This document shows positions 50,567 through 63,870 of a stretch of 64,000 bases of DNA, in pieces; position 1 is the stretch's first letter; each line of letters starts with the position of its first letter. Made by a program: the position numbers and the translations under genes. Source of the DNA: Lama guanicoe. Its lineage: Eukaryota. The notes below the pieces were generated by a model, which was given only the letters and a program-made list of their open reading frames with translations, did no database searches and was not told where the DNA came from. The stretch spans positions 22,075,280-22,139,279 of the forward strand of contig MU054187.1 in the NCBI GenBank assembly GCA_013239625.1, written 5' to 3'.

Positions 50567-52119
50567 GAAAATTAGTCTGCTGCTATTTGAAATGCCATCT
50601 CACTTACTAGCCACATCCTGTCTCTATATTTTACTTCCCCAACTTGTATATAAGATCATATTTTTTATATTATTGTGCCCCTAACCACTAGAATATTATT
50701 AATTGGGTTTTAGGAATTCATCAAGAATTTGATTAACAATTATGAGAACACCATGATCCAAGGAACCAAAAGATTCTAGGTTTCTGAAGAAAGATTCAAC
50801 AGTGTTCAACTGTACATTGGCATAATGTATTTATTGAGATAGAGACATGGACTGATATATTTTTTAAAGATTTTCAACAAGGATTAAGTTAAAAGAACCC
50901 ACCTTTTTTTTTTTTATCATTAGGATACAACTAGGTGTTTTTCTTTTCTTTATCATGTCTTAGACTTTCCCAGAATCTTAAGGACGGTAGGGATCTCTAA
51001 CAGTGTTTTGACCATTCCATCTTTCTGCCTAGACCTGACTTCCGGGACTTCACCTAGAGTGCTACGGGGAAATAAGGCAAACTTTCAAAAACTAGTCTTC
51101 TCTGTAGTTCACATTTTAGTGTTTCTTCTCATGGCAAGAATTCATTCCAAGGTGTCCTACACTGAACGATAGAAGTAAGGACATTAACTGAGTTCATAAA
51201 ACTGCTTAAAGTGCTGTCCCTCAACCAAATAAAATCCACAGTTAACCCCCAATGCAGAGATAGGATTAAACATTCCTCTTCTGAAGGTCTGGGCCATAGT
51301 GGCTCACCTTTAAAAATCTCCACTTAAATGAGTATCAAAAAATTGGGGAACCAGAAATTAATTTCCAAAACTGCATTGAGCGGCATTTCTCTTATGCTTC
51401 TTCAATGCTGCCTCTAGCCTGACCTGCGCACTGGGTTTTCCCCCCCTTCCCTCCAGAGAGAGACTTATTTTAAAAGCAATTGTTAAACACTGGCCACAGA
51501 TGGAGACTCTGCCAGCTCCGTGAAGATGCAAAAATAAATTACCTTCAAGGGACTTACAATCTAAGGAACCCCACCCACCTCCTGAGAACTTCGCCATTGC
51601 TGGGGACCAATGGCAATGGAAGTTCTCCTCAAGATAAGAATAAAGGTTTATACTGATGCTGCGATGGAGTAAACATTGAAGAAGCCCTTCATCCCCCTTC
51701 CCTTGTCTAGATGTCAGCGGCTTAAAATAGCGTAGGTGTTTTTAAAGGAAGCAGTGCCAGAAAAAACACAAGATAGTTAAAAAATTGATATCCACTTGGC
51801 ATAAAGAACAAGTTTTTACAGTTCAGAAACAGATGAATTTTCTGAGCTCAGAAAAACCAGGCATCCAGGCATTGAGATCCCAAGAAAAAGAACTCACTTC
51901 AGAACTCTGAGAAACATGTGAGGAGCAGCAATCTGCTCTCCGCTTCGTGGAGTCCCAGGGACCCAGGAGGAGATGGTGCGTTATTTGACGTGAAGCTTAT
52001 GTGAGGCCATGTCACAGCTTCACCCTGGCTGGGCGATATCTGGCTGCTATCAGACTATACAGAGACACCTTCTAGACAGCTGGGACTGACAACAGCACAA
52101 AATTTCTGAGGATGCACAC

Positions 52120-52135
52120 GTGTGTGTGTGTGTGT
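52120..52135. repeat. (GT)8 microsatellite
   Basis: Direct reading. Confidence 0.85.
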
Positions 52136-52999
52136 CAATGTTTAACTAGGGTAGAGACTAACATGGAAAGAAAGTACATCTCGGGGATCATAAATCATTT
52201 TTATCATTTTAGAATGAGGGCTAATTGCTGACCTAATCTTATTTTGCTTTGTAATTTACGTATGTGGCAACCAGGTCAAATGAGTATTAACTGCAAGAAT
52301 GTGCAGAGTCAAATAAATTTATTGCAGAATTTGGAAAAATAGTTCCTGCAAAATTTGGACTGCAAAGATGTCCCAAATAATAAAATAAGAAGAAGAAAAT
52401 GTTAGATAAAAACAAGCAGATAAAGCTATTGGTCATTTAGAATCCATTTGGAAAAAATCCATCTAAAACTCCATTTAAATTACCATGATATATCACCTTG
52501 AGTCCTTAGACTGGGTAAAGAAAATGAAGCAAACTGGGAGTTAACCCTCCAAATTGCAATTTCACTTTGAAAATTTCTCATTTAAAAATTTACTTTGATT
52601 TAAAAACTCGTGTAACTATCAACACAGCTACACAAATACAATCATATAGTTTCATAGATGCAAACATAGCGTAAACCTTGTCAAGCACGTGCACCTTATT
52701 GTATGTCAATTATACTTCAATAAATCTGCAAAAACTATCCTTGAAGGTATATATGAAGTTATACTGATGCATGAGACAGCATGGTGGACACACAGTATTA
52801 CTTAAAGGATAACATTTCAGAAAGAGATTGCTATTAGTGCTTTAATTCAATCCTTAATTCCATTTATTACGATACCCTTTGTCTCAGAAGTAGGACTTAC
52901 TGGAGCAACTATGATGAGAGGACAATAATGCTAAATGATCAGTCAAATTAGGGGCAATTGTAAAGTTGTCCTTGAATAATGAAAATAAATTTAAAGCTG

Positions 53000-53179
53000 A
53001 CACAGGGAAATATACACAAAATGTTATGATAAATCACAGAGAAAAAAATGTGACAATGAGTGTGTATATGTCCATGAATGACTGAAAAATTGTGCTGAAC
53101 ACTGGAATTTGACACAACATTGTAAAATGATTATAAATCAATAAAAAATGTTAAAAAAAAAACCAAACCGACAAAAAAA
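53000..53179 (+). mobile_element. young L1 3' terminus with poly(A) tail
   Basis: TSD aaagctg at 52993-52999 and 53180-53186; homologous to 20600-20757. Confidence 0.9.
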
Positions 53180-54155
53180 AAAGCTGCAATTTTTGTAAAT
53201 CTGGAAATTCTGAAAAATTTCCTTGCTAAACTTGGTGGTGGGGCAATGCTAGGTAGAAATCAAAGACTATCTTCCTACTGAAAACAGATAAATAGCAAGC
53301 AAGGCATTTTAGTTGAACTTTGTACTTTATCCCACCCTCCAACTATATTGATTATTTTATAGTTGTGGGAAGAAAAATTCCTCTTGAGTTAGGGAAATTT
53401 AATTTATAACTTTTAAAGATTTTGGTTGAAGAGATTATGTCAATTCTGAGACTATCTCTCTTGTGAATTAATTTCTATAACTTCTTTGCTGTAAATTCAG
53501 GAAGAACAGACCAGGGGAAAATATGTCTAAATTGAGCATGATTTCAACAGAAAAAGACATTAGGTTAAAAAGAGCCATGTTTGCCAGGGCTCTCCACCCT
53601 TGTGAATTTTTAAATATCATAAACCAAATACCGGACAGCCCAGTGTAACTAAGTGTGGGATATACGTGTAAACAGTTAATAAATCTGTTGTTTGAGGTTT
53701 TGGATTCAAGAAGAGATAAAAATAAAGCAGGAAAAAGAGTGAGAATATCAGGGTAGGAAAAAACTCACTTGTTTAGATGTTATGCACACACACACATACA
53801 AAAATAAAAATAGTATTTAGCATGTGATTTGAATATTTTTTTAAAAAAGCATGAAAATGTGTATTTTGCTGTAAACTGTTTGCAGGACCTTCCAGGTCAC
53901 ACCAAGTTGAACTGGGTGTGAAGGCAGAGTGAGGCATGTCTGCTGAGGGCAGTGCAGTGGGTGCTGAGTCATACAGCTTCTTGGCAACAGCAAGACTCAG
54001 TGGCCTTTGGTGGGTGTCACATGCACTGGCGTTTTGACAGATTTATGGCTCTGGGTATGTAAAGGAAGGATCTTTCAGGAAACAATAAATATGAATTGGC
54101 CCCTCCTTAAACAGTCATAGTTCAAAAGGATCAACATCACATGATTTGAACTTTT

Positions 54156-54260
54156 CATCAATTCTTTTCTTTTTTTTTTTTGGTGGAGGTACTGGGAATT
54201 GAACCCAGGACCTCATGCATGCTAAGCATGTGCTCTACCACTGAGCTATACCCTCTCCCA
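54156..54260 (-). mobile_element. tRNA-derived SINE (Vic-1-like, short form)
   Basis: Poly(T), then 'ggaattgaacccaggacctc...ctctaccactgagctataccc'; flanked by atttgaac(t/c)ttt. Confidence 0.92.
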
Positions 54261-54274
54261 AATTTGAACCTTTT

Positions 54275-54431
54275 TTGTTTATTTTTTAATAGACTTTTTT
54301 TTTTAAAGCAGTTTCAGGTTTACAGCAGAGTTAAGCAGAAAATACAGAATTCCCACATAGCCCTCCCCACCCACACATATATACTCCCCTACCCTCAACA
54401 GCCCTCATCAGTGTGGCATATTTGGTCCTCA
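54275..54431 (-). mobile_element. L1 3' end fragment
   Basis: 'tttttaatagactttt...agcagtttcaggtttacagca...cagaaaatacagaattccca'; bounded by copies 2 and 3 of the atttgaac.ttt target motif. Confidence 0.75.
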
Positions 54432-55594
54432 GATTTGAACTTTTAATGGCAAATTCTTTTAGTTCATAAAAATGGTTGATAGTACAAATGATTTCATGAA
54501 AAAAAATAGTATCACACTATGTAATCTCTGCATATGTAAAGATGAAAAAATGACTTGACTACACGTAATACAAGGGACTAAAAAATTGCCTTAGTAACAT
54601 TATAGCTTCCTGTTCTCATGATATGTGCCCCTCCTCTCTCCTCCCCTCAACCAAATAGCAGTGTTCCTTGAATAAGATGTAATGGGCAAAGTCGACATGG
54701 AAATGGCACCTATATAATACATTTTAAAATGATTTTGGGTAATGACTATTCTTAGCAGAAAAACAGAGCAATTGTGTTCCTCAAAGAATTAGTTTTTAAC
54801 TTGGCTTCATCTTGGTGGTGATTATTAATTGTCCATCTTGACACTATTTGGGGTGGCGGATTACCCCAGTTTTGTTACCTCTTTTCATGTTCTTGGCAAC
54901 TTGATTCCATCAGGAAGGAAACGTGGAATGAAATTTAAGTTAAGTAATTTTTTAGCCTAGATAAAACTTGGTGGAAAACTGATATTTAATTAATAAGAGT
55001 GAAGAGCATTTGTTATTATCAACAGAATAATTGATATTTATCAACTGATCAATAATTGAATCAGGAAACTGGGGTGAAGCGAGGAATATCTCCGGGGAGT
55101 CCCACCTTGCTTGTTCCCAGTTTCCCTCTTCTTGCCTAGTAATCGTGCAACCTTGAGCAATTTGCTCAGTTTTGCTAAGTATCCACTTTTTTATCTGTTA
55201 AATATGGAAAGCAATGTCTATTGTAGAATTTTTGCAAGAATTAATGTAGACAATGTTTTTAAAGCACCATCCCTGGCACATAATAGAAATAAAATACATG
55301 GAACCATTTTTATTATTTCAATCATTTTTTAGTATCATTTTTATTATTTCAACATTCACTATGATGAGCCCTTTATAGTTCTCACTGGGAATTGAAAGTT
55401 GCTTCATGAACATGTCTGCGCAGCGGTCACAGTTAACTTTGCAGGAGAAACAAGTTAGTGAGCAACCACATGATAATGGGTTCAAAGAATAAGGCTTTTC
55501 CCCAAATTGCCCCAGAAGCAGAGCCAGACACCTGAGTGCGGACATCAGTCTGAAGAAAAGAATGACAAGCAGAATTATTGGTAAGAAAAGGCTG

Positions 55595-55873
55595 CTCACA
55601 GACATGGTAAACAAACTTACGGTCACTGGGTGGATAGGGCGTGGAAAGGGATAAACTGGGAGCTCGAGATCTGCGCATATTAACTACTAAATATAAAATA
55701 GATTGCAAAAAATTTCTTCTTATAGCACAGGGAACTATATTCAGTATCTTATAGTAAACTATAATGAAAAAGAATACGAAAATGAATATATGTATGTTTA
55801 TGTATGACAGAAACATTATGCTGCACACCAGAAATTGACACATTGTAACCAACTATACTTCAGTTAAAAAAAA
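55595..55873 (+). mobile_element. L1 3' end with poly(A) tail
   Basis: 'tatagcacagggaactatattcagtatctt...accagaaattgacacattgtaaccaactatacttcag' plus an A run; TSD aaaag(g/a)ctg. Confidence 0.9.
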
Positions 55874-56716
55874 AAAAGACTGTTGTACTGCAAGATTACT
55901 ATGTATATGAGGCAGAGAGAACTAAAAGGAAGAGTCTGAAGTCTGCCAGTCTTCCCCTACTGACCCCTGCTCCCCGCCACCAATCCCTGGTGAGATTCTT
56001 AAGGTGCGAAGTTAAAGTCTAAGGTTTAAAGAGAAAAACGTTCAAAACATATACCATCCATCCTCCCACCCTGCCCCCTGTTCCTGGACCCCAGGCAAAT
56101 AGTAATTCACTTTCTGTCACTGTAGTTTAGTTTGCGTGTTCTAGAATTTTCTAAAAATGGAGTTATGCAGTAGGCACTCTTTCTGAGGGGACGGAGGAGG
56201 CCTCCCCAGAGTCTTTCCCCAACTGTTGCTGCACGGTGCTTGAAATTCCATATCACTAAGCTATACCCTCCCCTCTTCCAGTGGTTATTAACTTTGGTTC
56301 TGCCACAACTCCCTTTGAGACTCTGACAGATTCTGTGAGCTAACTTCACAGAGAAAAGAACAAAACAAAAAACAGCACCAGAGTACATTCCCACAGAATG
56401 ATGCATATGGTTTCAGGGCATTCAGAGGAAGGAATTTGCTGTATCTTAAAGCTTTTGAAGATACCAAACATATGATCAGACTAAGAATCTCTATTTCTCA
56501 CATCACAACTAGAAAGACTAGAGGAACCCAAGGCTCTGAAAAGCTGTGCATTCATATTTTAAGTGTGGACCAGAAGGATTTGTATTGCTCAGCAGATATT
56601 TATCTCTCTTCCATTTTAAGGAAACTAGACACAATGGCACCAACTTTCTTCTGTTCTCTAATAGAAAGTTGGGCTTTTACCCCTTCTTCTTTATTTCTGT
56701 ATCTGATTTTGCTACC

Positions 56717-57258
56717 TGGTTAGGTAAGTGGAGGCACCGGCAGATAAGGCAGAGGAGAGGGAGGATGGTCCGGAAGAAGGCGGTCTGCCTGCTTTCAGCA
56801 TCAAGGGCTTTATCTCCTCTAAATGAGTGCCAGCAAGAAACTGGTTGGGACCTAATGGCTGAAACTGCATGGTAGCGACAAGGACCTAATCGGACATGAC
56901 CCAATACTCATTGTAATATAATTAGCATTGGTTTAGGCCCCACCCACCACAGGTTTTTCTGTGTGCATCATGGGTAAGGACATGTGCAGAAGGGGAGGGG
57001 CATGACTAAACCCTCCAGGGGTAAGAGCTGTCAATCAATCAAGAGACCACCTCTAAGTGAGGGTGTAAGAGAAGGGGGCAAACTAGACCACTGCCACCCA
57101 CCCTGGGACTGGCCTGCCTCCCACTCTTGGGATGCACTTTCACTTTGCTATTAAAATCTTTAAAATCTTTAAGTAACTACACAATACTTTCTTTTCCCAT
57201 CTGAATTCTTCTCTTTCAACCGAAACAAGAGCCAAGGTCTTCCCCTTTTGGGGTAGCA
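56717..57258 (+). mobile_element. ERV solo LTR (same family as 28911-29457)
   Basis: Colinear with the reverse complement of 28911-29457 (both tracked ORFs contain 'PLNECQQE'); ends 'ttttggggtagca'. Confidence 0.85.
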
Positions 57259-57414
57259 GTTTTATGTGTGAGTTTTTTAAGAGGAAAGGATTCTTTTTTT
57301 ATTTAACACAAAAATCAAACTTGAATTAATTTTGGACTTCAAAAATTCTGAATTTTTATACTACTTTTTCTCTCAGATTTTTTTCCTCCTCATTACAAAA
57401 AGAAACAAACAGCA

Positions 57415-57565
57415 GTGGGGAGCGTATAGCTCAGCGAGGCATGCACAAGTTCCTGGATTCAATCCCCAGTAGCTCCATTAAAGAGAAATAAATAAACAAA
57501 AACCTAATTGCCTCCCCAACTCAAAAAAAATGTTTAAATTTTTAAAAATTAAAAAAAACAACATT
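57415..57565 (+). mobile_element. tRNA-derived SINE (Vic-1-like) with an internal deletion after the A box
   Basis: 17-bp perfect TSD aaaagaaacaaacagca at 57398-57414 and 57566-57582. Confidence 0.9.
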
Positions 57566-58724
57566 AAAAGAAACAAACAGCAAAAAAAAAAAATTATGAG
57601 CAACCGAGAGGGTAATTTCATGATTATGTCATTTTCAGTAGGTGAGTTATCACATACAGCCTGTATAAATGACATTATTTAAATGTTTTTAGAGGATTTA
57701 CTATTTAGCTATAGTTTAGATCACTGACTCTAGGAATGCTCTTTACAACTATCATCCAGAAGTATAGTTTAGAGATATTGCATTAATGTGATATTAATGA
57801 ATATATATATATGTATATGTGTATAGGTGCATATAGATGAATTATATATTATAATATATAATATATGTATAATATAAAGTTGACCTTATGCAATCATTTG
57901 CAGACATATATTATCTTGGGAAATGATGTTTATATCTAGATGGAATATCACCCCTCAGATTAAAACACAATTTGATATGTCTCAAAATATTTCATTTTAT
58001 GCCAAGATGATAACTATTTTCTTTCTTCCCTTCAGCAATAAATGCTGCAACATTATTTATCAAAGGAACAAATACGAAAGAAAAGACCTTGCTTTGAAGG
58101 GAAGACGGATGGATCCCCTGGCTAACTAGAGCTTGGGCTGCAATTTCTTAAAGTTCAAATTCCTGAAAAAGGAAATGAAAAATTCAACTCCTGAGAAAGC
58201 TTTAAAGCCAGCTTTGATCTCAATTATGGGAAGTTATTAATGGAAAGTATGTGTTTACATTTAAGATTCAAAAGGTGGTAGACTACAGAGTGTTTAATAA
58301 AATGTTGAGTAAAGAGAACTGGTTGGCTTTATACTATTAATCTGATAGAATTATCTCTTTTTTTTTTTCAAAGCAAGTGAGAAGATTAAGATTGTTATCT
58401 TACAGGAGATTAAAACAAATGTACTAGTCCTGTATGTCTCGGTAGATGAGCAATATGGTGCAGCCCTCACCTGTGGAGCTGGGATCAATCTGTGTCCCAT
58501 TTCTAGCTCCATGCAATGACTTGTGGCGTAACCTTGGGCACGTTCATCTAATCTCTCTGGGCATCAGTTTGCTTAATCATAAAATGCATGGGATGAACTG
58601 GATCATCTCAAAGATACTTTCTGTCTACGGTGACCTGCTTCTTAGTTCCTATTAACTAAGTGATACTCATGCTCCAGCAAGCATATGTAAAATCTTAGCC
58701 TCGACAAACATAATTGTTTGCTTG

Positions 58725-58885
58725 GTTTTTTTTTAATTGAAGTATAATAAGTTACAATGTGTCGATTTCTGGTGTGCAGCACAATGTCCCAGTCATGCAT
58801 ATACATACATATATTCATTTACATATTTTTTCATTAAAGGTTATTACAAGGTATTGAATCTAGTTCCCTGTGCTATACAGAAGAA
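58725..58885 (-). mobile_element. L1 3' end
   Basis: Poly(T), then 'attgaagtata...ttacaatgtgtcgatttctggtg...ggttattacaag...ccctgtgctatacag'. Confidence 0.88.
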
Positions 58886-59228
58886 AAATAGTTGTTTTTA
58901 AAATGAATAATAAGAATAAATAGAAATAAATAGACTTGTTCATTCAATGGACATTGTTGTGGTTCCGTTAAAAAGGCGCAAGAAATCAAATTCCAGCCAA
59001 CTTTTAGTTCATAGATGCTATATAATTGCCGTCATCTAAGAATAACTTCTACCAGATTAAAATGTTCTAATTAATGTCTTCATATATTTTTTGCCTGTCA
59101 AATATTTTATTAACTCATTTTTTTTTGCCTGTCAAACTCAGTGAAGAAACGATTTCATATTCTCTAGGCAAATATTTTTGAGGCAATAGGAAAACATCTC
59201 AGAGGAGTCTAGAGCAGCAAAAGAAGAC

Positions 59229-59253
59229 AGAGAGAGAGAGAGAGAGAGAGAGA
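59229..59253. repeat. (AG)n microsatellite
   Basis: About 12 AG units. Confidence 0.92.
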
Positions 59254-60033
59254 AGGAGACAGAGCAAAATAAGCCACAACATGGAGAATGTCTTCTCCTG
59301 GACATACTGGAGAGCCTGCTTAAATCAGGGAGGGAAAAAAAAAACACACAAAAAAAAACAGCAAGCCCATGAATAAGCCAACAGCTTCAGCTACTAAGGC
59401 TTTTTTTCATTTTCATTGCTGAGTTAAAGTGTTATGAGATGTATTCAGACTACAGCTGTCTTTCTTTTTCTCAAGAGGATCTTGTTTTTTTCCTGAGGAA
59501 ACATATGCCATGTGCAGACCATCTGAGACGAAGTCTTCTTATTCCTACTCCAATCTCCTTTTCTTTTCTAGCTCCTTTCCTGTTCTTTGCAGCCCACAAG
59601 GAAAAGGCAGGCTGAGTGGGAGGCAAGGGAAGCATATTCATTGCAATAGGACCCCTTGAGTCATCGCCCCGCGGATCAGCTCCTCCGAGCAGGAAAGAGT
59701 GAGTCAGCTCACATGTTGCTCTTCAGGGTCCCTAAAGTCTGAAGGACAAATGGCAGGTCACCGAGTCTGGTCTCTCCCCAACTTGGAGCTATTTGATTGC
59801 CACAGCCCAACTCTTTTTATAGATGGGTATCAACTGGGCTATTATTTAGTAAACATTTTTAATTTTTTTTTGGAACATCAGGAAATCCTTTATGTTCTGA
59901 TAGGAAACCGTCTCCAAGAAACACATTGCTAGTATATACACACACACAATATAAAACAGTATAAGAATATATGTTTGTATTCACTTGTATATGCACAGAA
60001 AACATCTCCCTACTTATATATATAAGAAGCATG

Positions 60034-60303
60034 TATTTTTAGTCTTTTGAGGAATCTCCATACTGTTTTCCACAGTGGCTGCACCAACCTGCATTCCCAC
60101 CAGCAGTGTAGGAGGGTTCCCTTTTCTGCACAGCCTCTCCAGCATTTATCATTTGTGGACTTTTGAATGATGGCCATTCTGACTGGTGTGAGGTGATACT
60201 TCTTTGTAGTTTTGATTTGCATTTCTCTGATAATTAGTGATATTGACAAGCAATTTTCCAATGAAGACATACAAATGGCCAATAGGCACGTGAAAAAATG
60301 CTC
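60034..60303 (-). mobile_element. internal L1 ORF2 fragment with a 5' inversion
   Basis: 60034-60246 on the minus strand encodes [24 protein letters not shown]...WKTVWRFLK. 60247-60303 on the plus strand is the immediately upstream ORF2 segment ([18 protein letters not shown]). Confidence 0.9.
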
Positions 60304-61024
60304 TATAAATGGCTCATTTTTATTGAAATAATTTTAAATGGTATTTTACTAACAAGTTTAACAAAAATAGAAGTTAAACATAAAAATACATACAGTGAAA
60401 TCAATACAGTATTCTTGAATTCCCACTAAATGTTGCTGCCTGCTAAAACTGCAGTCCTATCGCTGCCCTCTCTGCTAACAAAGAAGACTAGCAAGATTAT
60501 AAAGTCTTATTAATTTGGAACTGAGACACCTTTCCTTGACGTAATCCAAAGGAATGGAAGATAACTGAGAAGAAAGGATTTTCTGACTTTATGATTCAGG
60601 GTTATTTAATGCCCTGTCTATAAATCATGAATAATCTTTCCATACAAAGCAGGACTGAAAACAAAACAGAAAAGCAGGGTATCTTTTGCTGATATCAAAC
60701 AAAGTAAAAAGAAAAGTCCGTTTATTCTGCAAAGACTCATAAATTTTAGGTTATACATTTGAAAGCAATCTAGTCTTCCACTTTACACAGCAACTCCTCT
60801 TGCTTCTGCATTAAAAATCTCGAGAACATTTTTAAAAATAAAAGCAAAAGCAAAAATCTTTGTCAATAAAAATATTATGATTTGTTCTTTGAGAGAAACT
60901 GATCACATGAACAATAGAGAACGAAGCAGTCCTCTGTCTGAGTGTCAGACAACATAGTAAGAGTCATCCTTTGCCCTTCTTTTAATCACCATAAATCGAG
61001 CAGCCTCTGTGGGGTAGACAAAGG

Positions 61025-61200
61025 GTTAAGTGCTTTACAGACATTACCTCATTTAACCTTTCTGCCAATCCAACGAGGTAGGTCCATTGTTATTCCCATT
61101 TTTGAATGAGGAAACTGAGGTTCAAAGAGGAAAATAAGAAAGACCAAGATAACCCAACTGCCAGTAGATGAGTAGGGTTCAAATCCAGCCGACCTCAGTT
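61025..61200 (-). mobile_element. MIR SINE
   Basis: 'gaggtaggtccattgttattcccatttttgaatgaggaaactgaggttca'. Confidence 0.75.
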
Positions 61201-62221
61201 CTCTACAGAAGTTATTGGATGAAGAATAGAAGAGTCTAAAAGAATAAGCCAGGAGAATTTAAGTACAAGATTGTCATCTTTTTTTTTGGTCCTACCTATA
61301 ATAGTTTCTCCTATATAGCATGGTGGCATATGTCATATCCCCAACATTTAGTTTAATTCCTGGCAACAGTCAGAATTGTCAGAAGAACTCCCCTGGAGTC
61401 CAAACTCCTTGGGAGAATCTCTTGTCGGTGTGGTCCAATGCAGTGTCCAGTTTGGGAGGGTTATCAGAAGACTGTGTAAAAATCCTTCCATCTGCCCACT
61501 TGGAGCACAGGCTGTGAAATTAGCCCAGGTGCTCAGTTTCAAAAAAGAAACAGTGGCCTCTATACTGACCATTCTCCAGCCCGTGTGGAGGGACCAGCAA
61601 AAGAGTATTGCTCTTAGGTATTGCCCTGGGGACAAAGGGTAAAGAGTTTTCTTTTCCAAAACCTCAAGTTTGCACTGAAGTGTGACTCAAAATTGAAAGG
61701 CAGATTCAAATAAAGCTCATGGACTAGGATATGATGAAGGAAATGTTATTGAAAGATCTGCCTGAACAGCTGAGGTGAAAAGTCAAATTGCTACACAGGT
61801 AACCTCTGCAACAGGATGTTATGTGATGCTAACTCTCTGTCCAGGGTGGACCGCTTAAGAGCTGGGATGCTCAGAAGCTCCAAGAGATGTTGTATGGAGT
61901 TTGAGCAAAACCAGAGGGGGCCCTGCTGCAAACTGAATTACTCCTGAAGTTGTTCCAAACCTCAACTACTCCTCTTTTTACTCTCACCAGCTTCTCTTCT
62001 TGAATCTGGTCCAATTCCTTCAGTTCACATCATTTAGAAATCCATGTGTATAACAGCCATTAAAAGTAATATTAAGGTGGAATGTCGATAAATATTAATT
62101 CTATGTCAGGTAGCATAATCCACTTCCTAGGCTAATTTCTAACTAGAAAAAAATTTATTGCTTTTAGAAATTAAAGTGCAAACAAATTACACTTTTTGCA
62201 CATTTGAAGCATATACCTGTT

Positions 62222-63870
62222 GTAACAAAGGAGCAAAGAATATACAAAAGGAAAAAGAGGGCCTCTTCAGTAATGGTGTTGGGAAAACTGGACAGCCACG
62301 TGCAAAAGGATGAAATCGGACCCCTCTCTTAGTCCATACACAAAAATTAACTCAAAATGCATTAAAGAGTTGAACCTAAGACCTGAAACCATAAAATCCC
62401 TGGAAGAAAATACAGGCAGTAAATTTCTGCACCATTGGTCTTATAGTGACTCTTTGGATTTGACAACAAAAGCAAAGGCAACAGAAGCCAAAACAAATAA
62501 GTGGGACCACATCAAACTAAAAAGGTTCTGCACAGCAAATGAAACTAACAAAAAGTGAAAAGGAACCTACTGACGGGAGAAAATATTTGCAAATCATATA
62601 TCTGATAAGGGACTAATAATCAAAATATTTAAGAACTTACGTAACTCAATAGCAAACCAACAAACAATCCAACTTAAAAATGAACAGGGAAGCCAAGTAG
62701 ACATTTTTCCAAAGACAGACAGATGGCCAACATGCACATGAAAAGGTGCTCGACATTATTAGTCATCAGGGAAATGAAAATCAAAATGAGATATCCATCA
62801 CACCTTTCAGGATGGCTGTTATCAAAAGGCCAACAAGTAACAAGTATTGAAGAGGATGTGGAGAAAGGGGAACCCTGGTGCACTGTTGTTGGGGATATAA
62901 GTTGGTGTAGCCACTATAAGAAACAGTAGGGAGTTTCCTCAAAAAATTAAATTTAGAACTACCATACAATCCAACAATTCCACTTCTGGGTACCTCTCTG
63001 AAGAAAAAGAAAAAAAAACTACTTCAAAAGATGTTTGTATCCCTGTGTTCATCACAGCATTATTTATAATAGCCAAGATATGGAAGCAACCTGTGTCCAT
63101 TGATAGATGGATACATAACAAAATAGTGGTATAAATACACAGTGGAATATTACTCAGCAATAAAAAAGAACAACATCTTGCCATCTGCAACAACATGGAT
63201 GGATCCAGAGGGCAATATGCTAAGTGAAATAAGCCAGAGAAAGATAAATACCATGTGATCTCCCTTATATATGGAATCTTAACAACAAAACAAAACAAGA
63301 ATCAAAAAACCAAGCTCCTGCAGAGAAGGATATGGCTCAAGTGGTAGACCACATGCTTAGAACACAGAAGGTCCTGGGTTCAATCCACAGTATCTCCTCT
63401 AAAAATAAATAAATAAGTAAACCCAATTGCCTCCCTCCAAAATAAAACAAATAAAGAAAGAAAGAATGTTTTAAATGGTAATCATTAAAAAAATAAAAAT
63501 TAAAAGAACAAATCAAAAACCCAAGCTCGTAGATATGTAAAACAGATTGGTGGCTGTCAGAGATAGTGATGGGGGTTGGGGTGGGAGTGGATGAACTGGC
63601 TGAAGGCAAGGTCAAAAGGTACAAACTTCTAGTTACAAAAGAAATAAATACTAGGGGTGTAATGTTCAGCGTGGTGACTATAGTCAGTAACGCTGTATTG
63701 CATTTTTGAAAGTTACTTTGAGAGTAGATTGTAAAAGTTCTCAAGAAAAATAAATTCTGTAACTATGTGTGATGTGGATGTTAGCTAGACTTATGCTGGT
63801 TGATCATGTCACAATATATACAAATATCAAATCATGTTGTAACCTGAAATTAATATCTATGATGTAACAT
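62222..63870 (+). mobile_element. 5'-truncated L1 (ORF2 C-terminal remnant plus 3' UTR) carrying a SINE
   Basis: ORFs 62310-62558 (DPSLSPYTKINSK...KWDHIKLKRFCTA) and 62723-62929 are ORF2 remnants. Confidence 0.95.
63318..63510 (+). mobile_element. tRNA-derived SINE (Vic-1-like) inserted in the L1 3' UTR
   Basis: 'tatggctcaagtggtagacc...ggtcctgggttcaatcc'; 18-bp TSD aatcaaaaa(a/c)ccaagctc at 63300-63317 and 63511-63528. Confidence 0.9.
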
